From contig JBGAIQ010000012.1 of NCBI GenBank assembly GCA_044225365.1, positions 83,345-147,344 of the forward strand: DNA of 64,000 nucleotides, in the 5' to 3' direction. Origin of the DNA: Planctomycetota bacterium (lineage in GTDB: Bacteria; Planctomycetota; B15-G4; JADJEK01). A program made the position numbers and the translations under genes. Position 1 is the first letter of the stretch. Every line of letters starts with the position of its first letter. The notes under the pieces are model-generated. The model was not told the origin of the DNA, ran no database searches, and saw only the letters and a list, made by a program, of their open reading frames with translations. Positions 29,942 through 39,900 of the stretch are shown piece by piece.

Positions 29942-31444
29942 TCACAACAGAAAGCGCACGATGAACTGGCACCACAGTCCGCAGACGATCGCGGCGGCGA
30001 GGTCGAGGATCGCGCCCGTCTTCGCCATCCGCGCGACCGTGAGATAGCCGCTGCCGAACACGATCGCGTTGGGCGGCGTGCCGGCGGGCAGCGCGAAGTC
30101 GCACGAGCACGCGATCGTCGCCGCGAAGAGGACCGTCGGCATCTGATGCGCGGTCACCGCCGAAGCGAGCACGTTCAACATCACGGCGATCGTCGCCGTG
30201 TTCGATGCCACGGCCGAGATCGCGACCGTCACGACCGAAGCGAGCAGCGTCTGCGTCAGCGGAGAGTAGTCCTGCAATCGCGAGAGCGAGTGCCCGAGGA
30301 AGTCGGAAAGACCGCTCGCTTGCACCGCGGCCGCCATCGAGAACGAGCCGCCAAGGAGCAGGAGCGACTCCCACGGCACTTTCTTGATCGCGGGCCACTC
30401 GAGCGTGCGCCGGCCATCGGCGCGCAGCAGCAAGACGGCGAGGCCCGCGGCGACCGCGATCGTGCCCTCGACGTGGCTGCTCTTCAGATCGAACGCCGTC
30501 ACGTGAGGACGCAGCAGATCGGTGAGCGGCTTGCCGAGGATCCACAGCAGCACGGTGAGCAGGAACACCGTGAGGACGACGTTCTCCGCCCGCTTCTTCG
30601 TGCCGAGGAGGCGTAGTTCGTGGGCGACGGCCTCGGCGCCCGATTCGGACGGCGGTGCATCCTTCTTGCCGACCTGCCACAGCGCGAACCAGACGACGGG
30701 GAGCAAGAGCAGGACGAACGGCAGGCCGACGGCGAAGAAGGTGAAGAACGAGACGTCGATGCCGCGCAGCTCCATGAACTGGGCGAACTGCGTGTTCGGC
30801 ACCGTGCCGATCTTCGTGCCGATGCCCCCGAGATTCGAGGCGTACGCGATCGCCAGCATCAGCGCCGCGCCGTAATGAGCGAGTCGCTTCCCGCCGCCGA
30901 GGATCTCGCATTGCGCGAGGATCGCGAGGCCGATCGGCAGCATCATCGCCGCCGTCGCCGTATTGGAGATCCACAGCGAGATGAACGCGGTCCCGGCGAT
31001 CAGGCCGAGCAGCAGCCGTTTCGGATCGGTGCCGATGATGCGCATGATGTGGAGCGCGATGCGCCGATGCAGGTGGCATTGCTGCATCGCGGCGGCGACG
31101 GCCATGCCGCCCGTGAACAGGAAGATGTACGGATCGACGTAGGGCTTCGCGGCGGCAAGGAATCGATCGAAGGATGTGCCCGGGAACGCCGAGACGAAGG
31201 GAAACAGCACGAGCGGAAGGCACGCGGTCCAGTAGATCGGCAGCGACTCGAAGAGCCAGAAGATCGCCATCAGCGCGGTGACCGCCGCCGCGGCCGCGGG
31301 CCGATCACCGAACTTCGGATCGTGCTTCAGCGGGCTGTCGAGCAAGAGAAGGGCCGAAGCGACGAGGATCCCGAGGGCGATGCCGACCCACTGGGCGCGC
31401 GTGCGCAGCGGTGGCTTCTCGCTCTTCGTGTCCTTCGGAATCAC
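29942..31444 (-). CDS. DASS/SLC13 family sodium-coupled anion symporter
   Basis: ISNTATAAMMLPI, GTKIGTVPN, SNTAT and LPAGTPPNAIVF motifs. Confidence 0.92.
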   Translation of the reverse strand: MIPKDTKSEKPPLRTRAQWVGIALGILVASALLLLDSPLKHDPKFGDRPAAAAAVTALMAIFWLFESLPIYWTACLPLVLFPFVSAFPGTSFDRFLAAAKPYVDPYIFLFTGGMAVAAAMQQCHLHRRIALHIMRIIGTDPKRLLLGLIAGTAFISLWISNTATAAMMLPIGLAILAQCEILGGGKRLAHYGAALMLAIAYASNLGGIGTKIGTVPNTQFAQFMELRGIDVSFFTFFAVGLPFVLLLLPVVWFALWQVGKKDAPPSESGAEAVAHELRLLGTKKRAENVVLTVFLLTVLLWILGKPLTDLLRPHVTAFDLKSSHVEGTIAVAAGLAVLLLRADGRRTLEWPAIKKVPWESLLLLGGSFSMAAAVQASGLSDFLGHSLSRLQDYSPLTQTLLASVVTVAISAVASNTATIAVMLNVLASAVTAHQMPTVLFAATIACSCDFALPAGTPPNAIVFGSGYLTVARMAKTGAILDLAAAIVCGLWCQFIVRFLL

Positions 31445-32400
31445 TTACCGACCCGCGCGAGTTCCGCCTCGCAGCCCATGCATCCGAAGGCCATCCACAC
31501 CTCCGTCGAGTTCGCGACGATCGTCCTGCACAGCTCGAGGCCGTGCTCGCGATGTCCGCTCGTGAGCTCGAGATTCGCGTAGCCGAAACCGAACGTGGGA
31601 TAGTCGACGCTCTTCGGATCGAGCTCTGCGAAGTGCTTCTCGCCGTCGAGCTCCCCGCGATAGAGGCGGCAGAGATCGTGGTACGCGTGGTTCTCGAGCA
31701 CGACGAGATCGGGAGTGATCTTCTCGAGCAGCGCCTTCGCGGCGTCGTGCTTGCCCTGTCGCTCGAGCGCCATGAAGAGCCAGTGCGTCGCGGAGCAGAG
31801 CGAGTCGGGATTCGCAGCGAGACGATGGCACTCCGCGAAGGCGGACTCGGCACTCGGGTAATCGCCCTTCATGAAGCAAGCGACTCCGAGGTGGTAGTAG
31901 ATGTTCTGATGAGCCGTATCGAGAGTCGCACCGCCCGGCTTGCTCGACGGCTCCGGCGAATCGGGTTCGTTCTTCGCGAGTTCGGCACCCTTGCGCAGCG
32001 TCGCGATCGCGTCGTCGAAGCGCCGCAGCGTGATCTGTCGATGGCCGAGATGACGGTACATGCGCGAGTCCTCGGGGAAGCGCTTCACCGCGCTCTCGAA
32101 GAACTGCTCGGAGTCCTTGAAGTGGTTCGCCGCCGCGAGCATCCGGCCGTACCAGATGACTTTGTCCTTGTCGTCCGGAGCGACATCGAGCGCGGTCTTC
32201 GCCGCTGCGAGACGCCACTCGGCTTCGTCCTTGTCCTTGCCCGTCTTCTCGGGTGCGTAGAGCCACGATCCGAGCAGCGACCTCGTCTCGGGCTCCACCT
32301 TCGGGAGCGCAGGGTTGACGCTTTCGTTGGAATTGCATGCCGCGAAGACACCGCAACCGACCAGGAGCGCGAGCAGCAGGGAGTTCGAACGGACGGCCAT
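31441..32400 (-). CDS. Tetratricopeptide repeat protein, probably exported or a lipoprotein
   Basis: Signal ending FAAC; helical TPR-like units (YYHLGVACFMKGDY..AESAF). Confidence 0.72.
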   Translation of the reverse strand: MAVRSNSLLLALLVGCGVFAACNSNESVNPALPKVEPETRSLLGSWLYAPEKTGKDKDEAEWRLAAAKTALDVAPDDKDKVIWYGRMLAAANHFKDSEQFFESAVKRFPEDSRMYRHLGHRQITLRRFDDAIATLRKGAELAKNEPDSPEPSSKPGGATLDTAHQNIYYHLGVACFMKGDYPSAESAFAECHRLAANPDSLCSATHWLFMALERQGKHDAAKALLEKITPDLVVLENHAYHDLCRLYRGELDGEKHFAELDPKSVDYPTFGFGYANLELTSGHREHGLELCRTIVANSTEVWMAFGCMGCEAELARVGK

Positions 32401-32600
32401 GGCTTCTCCTTCATCGCGGATCGAGTCGCACGGGGTCCCCTCGATCGTGAGACCCGTCCTCACCCGCGCATGGTACTGACCGCCCTCGATCGCGCGAACG
32501 CGGCGATTCGCGTTTTCTCGGGGTCGAACGGGGCTCTTCCACGCACGACACGGCTGGTATGCTCCGGCTCGTCGTCCGTATCGACGCGAGGAGTTCGTTC

Positions 32601-33428
32601 ATGGCGAGTCGCAAGGTCGTTCCGAAGTCCAACTCGAAGCGCACGCCCCCGGCGCTCTCCATCCCGCGACCCAAATCGTTCTCGCTCCAGGGCCGCGTCG
32701 CCCTCGTGACGGGCAGCAGCACGGGACTCGGACAAGCGATCGCATTCGCGCTCGGCGCCGCCGGCGCCCGGGTGGCGCTCAACTACAACAACAACGAAGA
32801 GCGCGCCAAACGCTGCCTCGCGGCGTATCGCGGAGCGGGTTTCGTCGGCGAGATGTTCCGCGGCAACGTCATCGACGAGAAGGACGTCGCGCGGATGACG
32901 AAGGAGATCGAGAAGACGCTCGGCGCCGTCGACATCCTCGTCCTCAATGCCACGCCCGATCAGCCGCACATGTCGATCGAGCGCTACGACTGGGCCTTCT
33001 ATCAGTCGATGCTCGACTTCTTCATCAAGAGCCCGTTCCTGCTCACCCGCGCGGTCCTGCCCCACATGAAGAAGCAGAAGTGGGGGCGCATCATCAACGT
33101 CGGCTCGGAAGTGGTCGAGCGCGGCGTCGGCAACTTCAGCGCGTACGTCGCGGCCAAGGCGGGACAGAACGGTTGGACGCGGTCGATGTCGAGCGAGCTC
33201 GTACCGTTCGGCATCACGGTGAACATGATCTCGCCCGGCTGGATCCCCGTCGAACGCCACGTGAAGGATCCGCAGGCGGAGAAGGACGGCTACTTCGCGC
33301 TCATTCCCGCCGGAAGGTGGGGCGTGCCCGACGATGTCGGAGGATCCTGCGTCTTCCTCGCGAGCGATGCGGCGGCGTTCGTCTCCGGTCAGAATCTGCA
33401 CATCAACGGCGGCATGACGGTCCAATGA
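32601..33428 (+). CDS. SDR family NAD(P)-dependent oxidoreductase
   Basis: TGSSTGLG, YVAAK (YxxxK), VNMISPGWI and SGQNLHINGG motifs. Confidence 0.92.
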   Translation: MASRKVVPKSNSKRTPPALSIPRPKSFSLQGRVALVTGSSTGLGQAIAFALGAAGARVALNYNNNEERAKRCLAAYRGAGFVGEMFRGNVIDEKDVARMTKEIEKTLGAVDILVLNATPDQPHMSIERYDWAFYQSMLDFFIKSPFLLTRAVLPHMKKQKWGRIINVGSEVVERGVGNFSAYVAAKAGQNGWTRSMSSELVPFGITVNMISPGWIPVERHVKDPQAEKDGYFALIPAGRWGVPDDVGGSCVFLASDAAAFVSGQNLHINGGMTVQ

Positions 33429-33445
33429 GACCGGGAGCACACCCC

Positions 33446-34444
33446 ATGAAACGCATCTCGATCCTCGTCCTGCTCGCTCTCGCCGGCGCCGTCGCTTGCA
33501 ACCGCACGTCGTCGAAGGGAAAGCCAAGGCTCGCGTTCGTGACCAATTGCGTCGCGCCGTTCTGGACGATCGCGTCCGCCGGTGTCGAACAGGCGAAGGC
33601 GAAGTTCGACGTCGACGCGACGTTCTACATGCCGACGGGCGGCGTCTCCGATCAGAAGAACAAGCTCGAGGATTTCCTCGCGACCGGCGTCGATGGGATC
33701 GCGGTGAGTCCGATCGATCCCGCGAACCAGACGTCGGATCTCGACAAGCTCGCCGCGAAGACGAACCTCATCACGCATGACTCGGATGCGCCGCAGAGCA
33801 AGCGTCTCGTCTACATCGGCATGGACAACTACTCGGCGGGCCGCATGTGCGGGAAGCTGGTGAAGGAAGCCCTGCCCGACGGCGGCGTCGTCGCGAGCTT
33901 CGTCGGCAACATCAGCCAGAACAACGCGCGGCTGCGCCGGCAGGGCATGATCGACGAACTGCTCGATCGATCGGTCGACTCGTCGCGTTATGACAATCCG
34001 GGCCAGCCGCTGAAGAATGCGAAGTACACGATCCTCGATACCTACACCGACGGTACCGATCAGGCGAAGGGCAAGGCCAACGCCGAAGACGCTCTCAACA
34101 GCCACTCCGACCTCGCCTGCATGGTCGGGCTCTTCGAGTACAACACGCCCCTCTGTCTCGAAGCGCTGAAGCAGGCGGGCAAGCTCGACAAGGTGAAGGT
34201 GGTCGCCTTCGACGAGAATGCCGCGACGCTGCAGGGGATCAAGGACGGGCACGTGACGGGCACGGTGGTGCAGGACCCGTTCAACTACGGTTACAAGTCG
34301 ATCGAGGTGCTCGCGGCGCTCGCGCGCGGCGACAAGTCCGTGGTTCCGGCGAACGGCTTCGTCGACATCCCGGGCCGCATCATCAAGAAGGACAACGTCG
34401 ATGCGTTCTGGGCCGATCTCAAGGAGAAGACCGGGAAGAAGTGA
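33446..34444 (+). CDS. Sugar ABC transporter substrate-binding lipoprotein (RbsB-like)
   Basis: Lipobox AVAC; DGIAVSP, HDSDAP, YIGMDNY and VVQDPFNYGY motifs. Confidence 0.9.
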   Translation: MKRISILVLLALAGAVACNRTSSKGKPRLAFVTNCVAPFWTIASAGVEQAKAKFDVDATFYMPTGGVSDQKNKLEDFLATGVDGIAVSPIDPANQTSDLDKLAAKTNLITHDSDAPQSKRLVYIGMDNYSAGRMCGKLVKEALPDGGVVASFVGNISQNNARLRRQGMIDELLDRSVDSSRYDNPGQPLKNAKYTILDTYTDGTDQAKGKANAEDALNSHSDLACMVGLFEYNTPLCLEALKQAGKLDKVKVVAFDENAATLQGIKDGHVTGTVVQDPFNYGYKSIEVLAALARGDKSVVPANGFVDIPGRIIKKDNVDAFWADLKEKTGKK

Positions 34445-34450
34445 GGGAAT

Positions 34451-35695
34451 TCAGCTCTGCCAGTTGCTGAGGATGTTCGTGTCGGCAGAGGAGTTCGAGA
34501 CGACGTTCGAGAATCCGATGAGCGGGGTCTCGCTCAAGGTGACGTTGTCGTGCACCAGGAAGTCGATTCCGGCGAGCAACCGAATTGCTTCCGAGATGGG
34601 GACGGTTCCCGCCGCGACGAACTGATTGCCGACGATCGAAACGCCCTGCGCGGACGCGAACACGTCGATTTGCCGAGTGGTGCACACCGTGAATTGGTTC
34701 GAGTTCACGAGGTTCCACTTCTGGCTGCTGATCTGGATTCCGAGCGCCACCGCGTGGAATTGATTCCCGGTGATGACGTTCGATTCGCCCGTCTTTCCGC
34801 CGAGCGATGCGCTGAGGCGGATCGCTCCGTTGGTGGCGAGAGGGAGTTCCCCGAACGAATTGCCCGTGATCGCGCAGAAGCGGCCTGCGCGAAGATCGAT
34901 GATCTGTTGGCCGGCGCACTGATCGAACACGTTGCCGCTGATCGCGAAGTGATGGCCTTCTCCCTCGGCCTGACACCAGATCGCAGCGTCGATCGGTGAA
35001 CTCGCGCTGCCGAGGTTCATGAACGAGTTGCCGTCGAGAGTCCCCTTCGATTCGTCTCTCAACTCGAGCGCGTAGCGGCACAGTCCCGCCGTCGCACCCT
35101 GGACGCGATCGAACGTGTTGCCATTCGCCCGCAGGGCCATGCCGAGTCGACCGCGATATCCGATCACGCCTGCGCTCAGATCCGAGAAGCGAAACGTATT
35201 CGATTCGAGGAGGGTTCCGCTGTGGAGCGTTACGCCGTCGCCGATGTCGATGAAGCGGAAGTCCGATGCGCCACCGAGCGCGATGAACGAGCAGTGATCG
35301 AAGGCGATTCCATCGCCGGTCGCGACGATCGCCGACTGCGCGGCGGCGGGTTGCGACGTTTCGATTCGCAGGCCCGTGAAGCGAACGCGCGTGGCCGCCG
35401 TCGTGACGTCGAACAAGCCGACGGAGCCTGCGGGAGCGGGGACGAGGCGCGATCCCGCCGTGCCGCGAATCGAGATGCCACTCGTCGAGATCGTGACCGG
35501 GTTCTGGAAGAGATAGTCGCCGGCGAGGACTTCGATGACGCCGCCCTTGGACAGCGCATGAAGTGCACCGACGAAGGGCGCTTCGTCAGTTCCGTTGAAT
35601 CGTCCCTTCGAATGGACGCCGTCTCCGATCGTAATGATGTCGGCGTGGGAGAGCGGAGCCAGAGTCAGGAGGGCCAGTGCGAGGAAGGGCTTCAT
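34451..35695 (-). CDS. Secreted right-handed parallel beta-helix protein (paralog 2)
   Basis: Signal peptide and repeated I.GN.F strands. Alternative upstream starts extend to 35776. Confidence 0.78.
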   Translation of the reverse strand: MKPFLALALLTLAPLSHADIITIGDGVHSKGRFNGTDEAPFVGALHALSKGGVIEVLAGDYLFQNPVTISTSGISIRGTAGSRLVPAPAGSVGLFDVTTAATRVRFTGLRIETSQPAAAQSAIVATGDGIAFDHCSFIALGGASDFRFIDIGDGVTLHSGTLLESNTFRFSDLSAGVIGYRGRLGMALRANGNTFDRVQGATAGLCRYALELRDESKGTLDGNSFMNLGSASSPIDAAIWCQAEGEGHHFAISGNVFDQCAGQQIIDLRAGRFCAITGNSFGELPLATNGAIRLSASLGGKTGESNVITGNQFHAVALGIQISSQKWNLVNSNQFTVCTTRQIDVFASAQGVSIVGNQFVAAGTVPISEAIRLLAGIDFLVHDNVTLSETPLIGFSNVVSNSSADTNILSNWQS

Positions 35696-35784
35696 GAAGG
35701 GATTCGACTCGGGTTTCGGGGGTGCGGTCTTGGGGATCGGCGACGTCGCGGTGTTCATCGTCTTCATCGTGTTCATCGGGGGGC

Positions 35785-37029
35785 TCACGACTTCCAGTTG
35801 TCCGAGACGTTCGTTCCGGGCGCCAGGGCATTGACGACGAACTGGAACGTCTTGCCTGCGACTTCGGATCCCACCTGATTGTCGTGGATCAGGTGGCCGC
35901 TTCCGCCGCCGACGTAGATCGCTTCGCTGATGCTGTTCGCGCCCGAGGAGACGAACTGATTGGCGACGATCGATGTTCCGACCGCGCTCGACGTCACCTC
36001 GATCTGACGCGTCGAACACAGTGTGAACTGATTCGCTTCCGCGACGAGCCACTTCTGAGCGTCGACCCTGATTCCGAGCGCGACGTTGTGGAGTTCGTTC
36101 CCCGAGACGATGTTCGATTCGCCCGGCGATCCTCCGGGCGCCGCTTCGAACGCGATCGCGCCCGCCGTCGCGAGCGTCATGCGACCGATCACGTTGCCGG
36201 TGATCGAGCAGAAGCGTCCTCCGCGAACGAGGATCACGTTGGGTCCGAGGCAGTGCTCGAAGAAATTGCCGCGAATCACGAGACCCGGACTCGCCGCGTC
36301 CGACGTGACGGCGATCACCGAGTCGATCGGCGCTGCGCCGGTGCCCATGTCCTGGAAGCTGTTCCCCGTGATCACCCCGTGAGCCTGGGATTGCAGTTCG
36401 AGCGCGTAGCGACACAGGCCGGAGGGCACGAAGCCGCCGACTCGAAAGTCATTGTTCGTGATCGTGAGACCCGAGCCGAGGCGACCCCGAACGCCGACGA
36501 CGCCCGCACTCGCTTTCGAGAGCGCAAACGTGTTCGACTCGATCCGCACGCCCGAACGCGGTGTCTGACCATCGCCGATATCGATCAGTCGAAAGTCCAG
36601 CGCGCCCGTTCCGACTCCGAGATACGAGTGATCGATCGTGACGTCGTCGGCGTCGACGAAGATCGCAACCTGCGACGCGACGGCTTGCGGGACCGAGATC
36701 TGGATTCCGGTGAGGGCGACGCGCGCGGCCTCGATGTCGAAGAGCCCGACGGCGGGATCGTTCGAACAAGCAAGAACCGCCCCGGACGATCCCCGCAGTG
36801 TGAGGCCCTCGTTCGTGATGACGAGCGGCTTCGTGAACGTGTACGTCCCGGGCAGCACCTCGATGACGCCGCCATCGGGCGCGGCCCGCAACGCGCGATC
36901 GAATGGACCTTCATCGGTCCCGTTGAAGCGTCCGTGCGAGGTCGTGCCATCGCCGATCGTGACGATGGAATCGTGAAACGCGGATGCGTGCGGACAAAGA
37001 AACAGGAATGCAAGCAGCGCGGATCGCAC
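35785..37029 (-). CDS. Secreted right-handed parallel beta-helix protein (paralog 1)
   Basis: Signal peptide; TIGDGTTSHGRFNGTDE; I.GN.F repeats; alignable end-to-end with the neighbouring gene. Confidence 0.8.
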   Translation of the reverse strand: MRSALLAFLFLCPHASAFHDSIVTIGDGTTSHGRFNGTDEGPFDRALRAAPDGGVIEVLPGTYTFTKPLVITNEGLTLRGSSGAVLACSNDPAVGLFDIEAARVALTGIQISVPQAVASQVAIFVDADDVTIDHSYLGVGTGALDFRLIDIGDGQTPRSGVRIESNTFALSKASAGVVGVRGRLGSGLTITNNDFRVGGFVPSGLCRYALELQSQAHGVITGNSFQDMGTGAAPIDSVIAVTSDAASPGLVIRGNFFEHCLGPNVILVRGGRFCSITGNVIGRMTLATAGAIAFEAAPGGSPGESNIVSGNELHNVALGIRVDAQKWLVAEANQFTLCSTRQIEVTSSAVGTSIVANQFVSSGANSISEAIYVGGGSGHLIHDNQVGSEVAGKTFQFVVNALAPGTNVSDNWKS

Positions 37030-37206
37030 GGCTGGCGCTCGAGTCTCTGGTCGGAGATCGGGTGGGAGGAGAGAGAGAGAGAACGGAGAACGGAGAGCGG
37101 ACTCTACTCCAATTTCGAGACGACATCAAGCATCCTCGCCGCTGCCGCCGCGAGTGCGTTGGTATGCTTCGCCGCCTCGCATTTCGAAGACACGATCCGT
37201 CGAACG

Positions 37207-38709
37207 ATGTCGAAATCACCGATCCTCGCCGCGAAGGGAATCGAGAAGCGCTACGCCGGCGTCCATGCATTGCGTGGTGTCGTGCTCGAATTGCAACCGG
37301 GAGAGGTTCTCGCGCTCGTCGGCGAGAACGGCGCAGGCAAGAGCACGCTGATGAAGATCCTCGCGGGTGTCATTGCGCCCGATGCGGGAGAGATTCGAGT
37401 CGACGGTGACGCCGTCGAGTTCTCGAGCGTGAGCGACGCGCTCGCGAGCGGCATCGCCATCATCCATCAAGAACTGCAGCTCGCGGACAATCTCGACATC
37501 GCGGAGAACGTGTTCCTCGGGCGTGAACCGCGAAAAGGCCTCTTCCGCGACAAGTCCCGAATGGACCGTGAGGCGTCTCTCTGGCTGCGAAAGCTCGGCC
37601 TCGACATCGCACCCACCACTCGGGTGTCGACGCTGCCCATCGGGCATCAACAGATGGTCGAGATCGGCAAGGCGTTGTCGTGCGACGCGCGCGTGCTCAT
37701 CATGGACGAGCCCACGTCGAGCCTCACGCTCCACGAGTCCGAGCAGCTGTTTCGCGTGGTCAAGGACCTGCGCGCCAAGGGTGTGTCGATCATCTACATC
37801 TCGCATCGCCTCGGCGAAGTGAAGGAACTCGCGGATCGGGTGGTCGTGCTGCGCGATGGCGAGAACGCGGGAGAGCTCGCGAAGGACCAGATCTCGCACG
37901 ACGCCATGGTGAAGGCGATGGTCGGTCGCGACGTCTCGCGATTGCGTTCCCGGGCGCCGATCGCCCGCGGCGGCGTCGTCCTCGCGGTCAAGGCGCTACG
38001 AACGGCTGCGAATCCGGATCACGAAGTCTCCCTCGAGCTGCACGCCGGCGAGATCGTCGGAATCGCGGGGCTCGTCGGAGCCGGGCGCAGCGAGTTGTTG
38101 AACGCGATCTTTGGCACCGAGGCCCGCGTCGCGGGCGAGGTCGTCATCGGCGAGAAAGTGTTGAACGCTTCCGGCGGGCCGCGCGCCTCGCGGGCGGAAG
38201 GGCTCGCGCTCGTCCCCGAGGATCGCAAACTCCAGGGCCTCGTCCTCGAAGATGCGATCGGCGACAACCTCGCGCTCCCGAGTCTCGACTCCATCGCACG
38301 CCGGGGCTTTCGCGACCGCGCCGCCGAGGACGCCCTCGCGACGAAGGAGATCCGCGATGTGGGGATCAAGGCGTCGTCGAAGCAGCAGCTCGCAGGGCAA
38401 CTCTCCGGCGGCAACCAACAAAAGGTCGTCCTCGGCAAATGGCTCGCGCTCGCGCCGAAGGTGCTCCTCCTGGACGAGCCGACGCGTGGCGTCGACGTTG
38501 GAGCGAAGGCCGAGATCTACGCCCTCCTCGATCGACTCACGGCATCGGGAGTCGGGATCCTCTTCGCGTCGAGCGAGATGGAGGAGGTCTTGCTGCTGGG
38601 CGATCGTGTGCTCGTGATGCACGAAGGCCGCCTCGCGGGCGAGGTCGACCGCGGAGGAATGACCGAAGAAGCGATCATGACCCTCGCGACCGGTGGCGGC
38701 GCTCGATGA
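37207..38709 (+). CDS. Sugar ABC transporter ATP-binding protein (RbsA/MglA-like)
   Basis: GENGAGKSTL, MDEPTSSL, LSGGNQQK and LDEPTRGVDVGAK motifs. Confidence 0.94.
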   Translation: MSKSPILAAKGIEKRYAGVHALRGVVLELQPGEVLALVGENGAGKSTLMKILAGVIAPDAGEIRVDGDAVEFSSVSDALASGIAIIHQELQLADNLDIAENVFLGREPRKGLFRDKSRMDREASLWLRKLGLDIAPTTRVSTLPIGHQQMVEIGKALSCDARVLIMDEPTSSLTLHESEQLFRVVKDLRAKGVSIIYISHRLGEVKELADRVVVLRDGENAGELAKDQISHDAMVKAMVGRDVSRLRSRAPIARGGVVLAVKALRTAANPDHEVSLELHAGEIVGIAGLVGAGRSELLNAIFGTEARVAGEVVIGEKVLNASGGPRASRAEGLALVPEDRKLQGLVLEDAIGDNLALPSLDSIARRGFRDRAAEDALATKEIRDVGIKASSKQQLAGQLSGGNQQKVVLGKWLALAPKVLLLDEPTRGVDVGAKAEIYALLDRLTASGVGILFASSEMEEVLLLGDRVLVMHEGRLAGEVDRGGMTEEAIMTLATGGGAR

Positions 38710-38728
38710 GATTCCAACCTCATCACAG

Positions 38729-38822
38729 GGACCGCCGGGCTCCAGCCCGGCTCTTTTCCTGCGATACGACAAACTGCCCCAGCACCGCATCGATCCGGAG
38801 CCGGGCTGGACCCGGCGCTCCC
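38729..38822. repeat. Isolated inverted REP doublet (REPIN-like)
   Basis: GGACCGCCGGGCTCCAGCCCGGC at 38729-38751 and an inverted GGGAGCGCCGGGTCCAGCCCGGC at 38800-38822; same family as the RAYT-flanking REPs. Confidence 0.8.
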
Positions 38823-38906
38823 GCTGATGAGCAGCCCGGCTCGACGCCCGGCGTTCCCTCGAATATCACATGATCGCGGATTCTTGGTTAGGTACGAAGC
38901 TTCGAC

Positions 38907-39878
38907 ATGAAGAAGATCCTCGGCATCCTCGGGCTCCTCATCGTCTGCTGTCTGCTCACAGCCGCGGCGACGGATCGCTTCCTCACGTACTACAACCTCG
39001 AGAACCTGCTGCGCCGCAGCGCGTTGTTCGGGATCCTCAGCATCGGCGCATCGTTCGTCATCATGACGAGCGGCATCGATCTTTCGATCGGGTCGGTCGT
39101 CTGTCTCGTCGGATGCCTCACGCCGTACTTGCTGATCGAGCAGGGGCTCTCCGTGCCGGCCGTCGTCGTGCTCATGATCCTGCTCTCGATCGGACTCGGC
39201 CTGCTGCACGGACTGCTCATCACGCGCCTTCGGCTCCAGCCGTTCGTCGTGACTCTCTGCGGCCTCCTCATGTATCGCGGCATCACGCGCGGGATCACGG
39301 CGGATCGGACACAGGGATTCCTCAACGAGTACACGACGCTGCGCTCGATCGGCAACGGCCGGATCGACGTACCCGGCATCGAAGGCTTCTCGATCCCCGC
39401 ACCGGTCTTCACGCTCGTCGTCGTCGCGGTGCTGGCGTCGATCTTCCTCAACAAGACCGTGTGGGGACGATATCTCCTCGCCATCGGTCGCAACGAGACG
39501 GCGGCGCGATACTCCGGAGTGAATACCGCGGGAATGACGGTCCTCGCTTATGTGCTGTGCGCCCTGCTCTCGGGCATCGGCGGCATGCTCTTCGTGTTCG
39601 ACGTCGGATCCGCGCAGCCTTCGGACTTCGGCAACTTCTACGAGCTCTACGCGATTGCCGCGGCGGTGCTCGGCGGCTGCTCGCTGCGCGGGGGCGAAGG
39701 CACGGTCATCGGCGTCGTGATCGGGGCGGCCGTGATGCAGGTGCTCCGCAATTCGATCACGCTCATCGATGCGATCCCGGACAACGTGGAATTCGCCGTG
39801 ATCGGAGCGGTGATCCTCGCCGGCGCGATCGTCGATGAGGTGGTGAAGCGGCTCATGGCGAGACGACGGACGGCTTGA
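38907..39878 (+). CDS. Sugar ABC transporter permease (RbsC-like)
   Basis: GIDLSIGS, QPFVVTL, GRYLLAIGRNETAARYSGV and YELYAIAAAVLGG motifs. Confidence 0.93.
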   Translation: MKKILGILGLLIVCCLLTAAATDRFLTYYNLENLLRRSALFGILSIGASFVIMTSGIDLSIGSVVCLVGCLTPYLLIEQGLSVPAVVVLMILLSIGLGLLHGLLITRLRLQPFVVTLCGLLMYRGITRGITADRTQGFLNEYTTLRSIGNGRIDVPGIEGFSIPAPVFTLVVVAVLASIFLNKTVWGRYLLAIGRNETAARYSGVNTAGMTVLAYVLCALLSGIGGMLFVFDVGSAQPSDFGNFYELYAIAAAVLGGCSLRGGEGTVIGVVIGAAVMQVLRNSITLIDAIPDNVEFAVIGAVILAGAIVDEVVKRLMARRRTA

Positions 39879-39900
39879 CCCCGAGGACAAGGAACCGGAC

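Noticed and set aside
35751-35777. 9-bp x3 repeat encoding MNTMKTMNT
   Set aside because: Short, imperfect and in-frame, upstream of the likely start; no evidence of function.
35696-36415. 654-aa version of the second beta-helix protein
   Set aside because: The extension overlaps the upstream paralog in another frame; signal peptide and paralog alignment begin near 35695.
35722-37206. N-terminal extension making a 995-aa ABC ATPase
   Set aside because: It overlaps the beta-helix gene on the other strand; ATPase homology starts at Met 37207.
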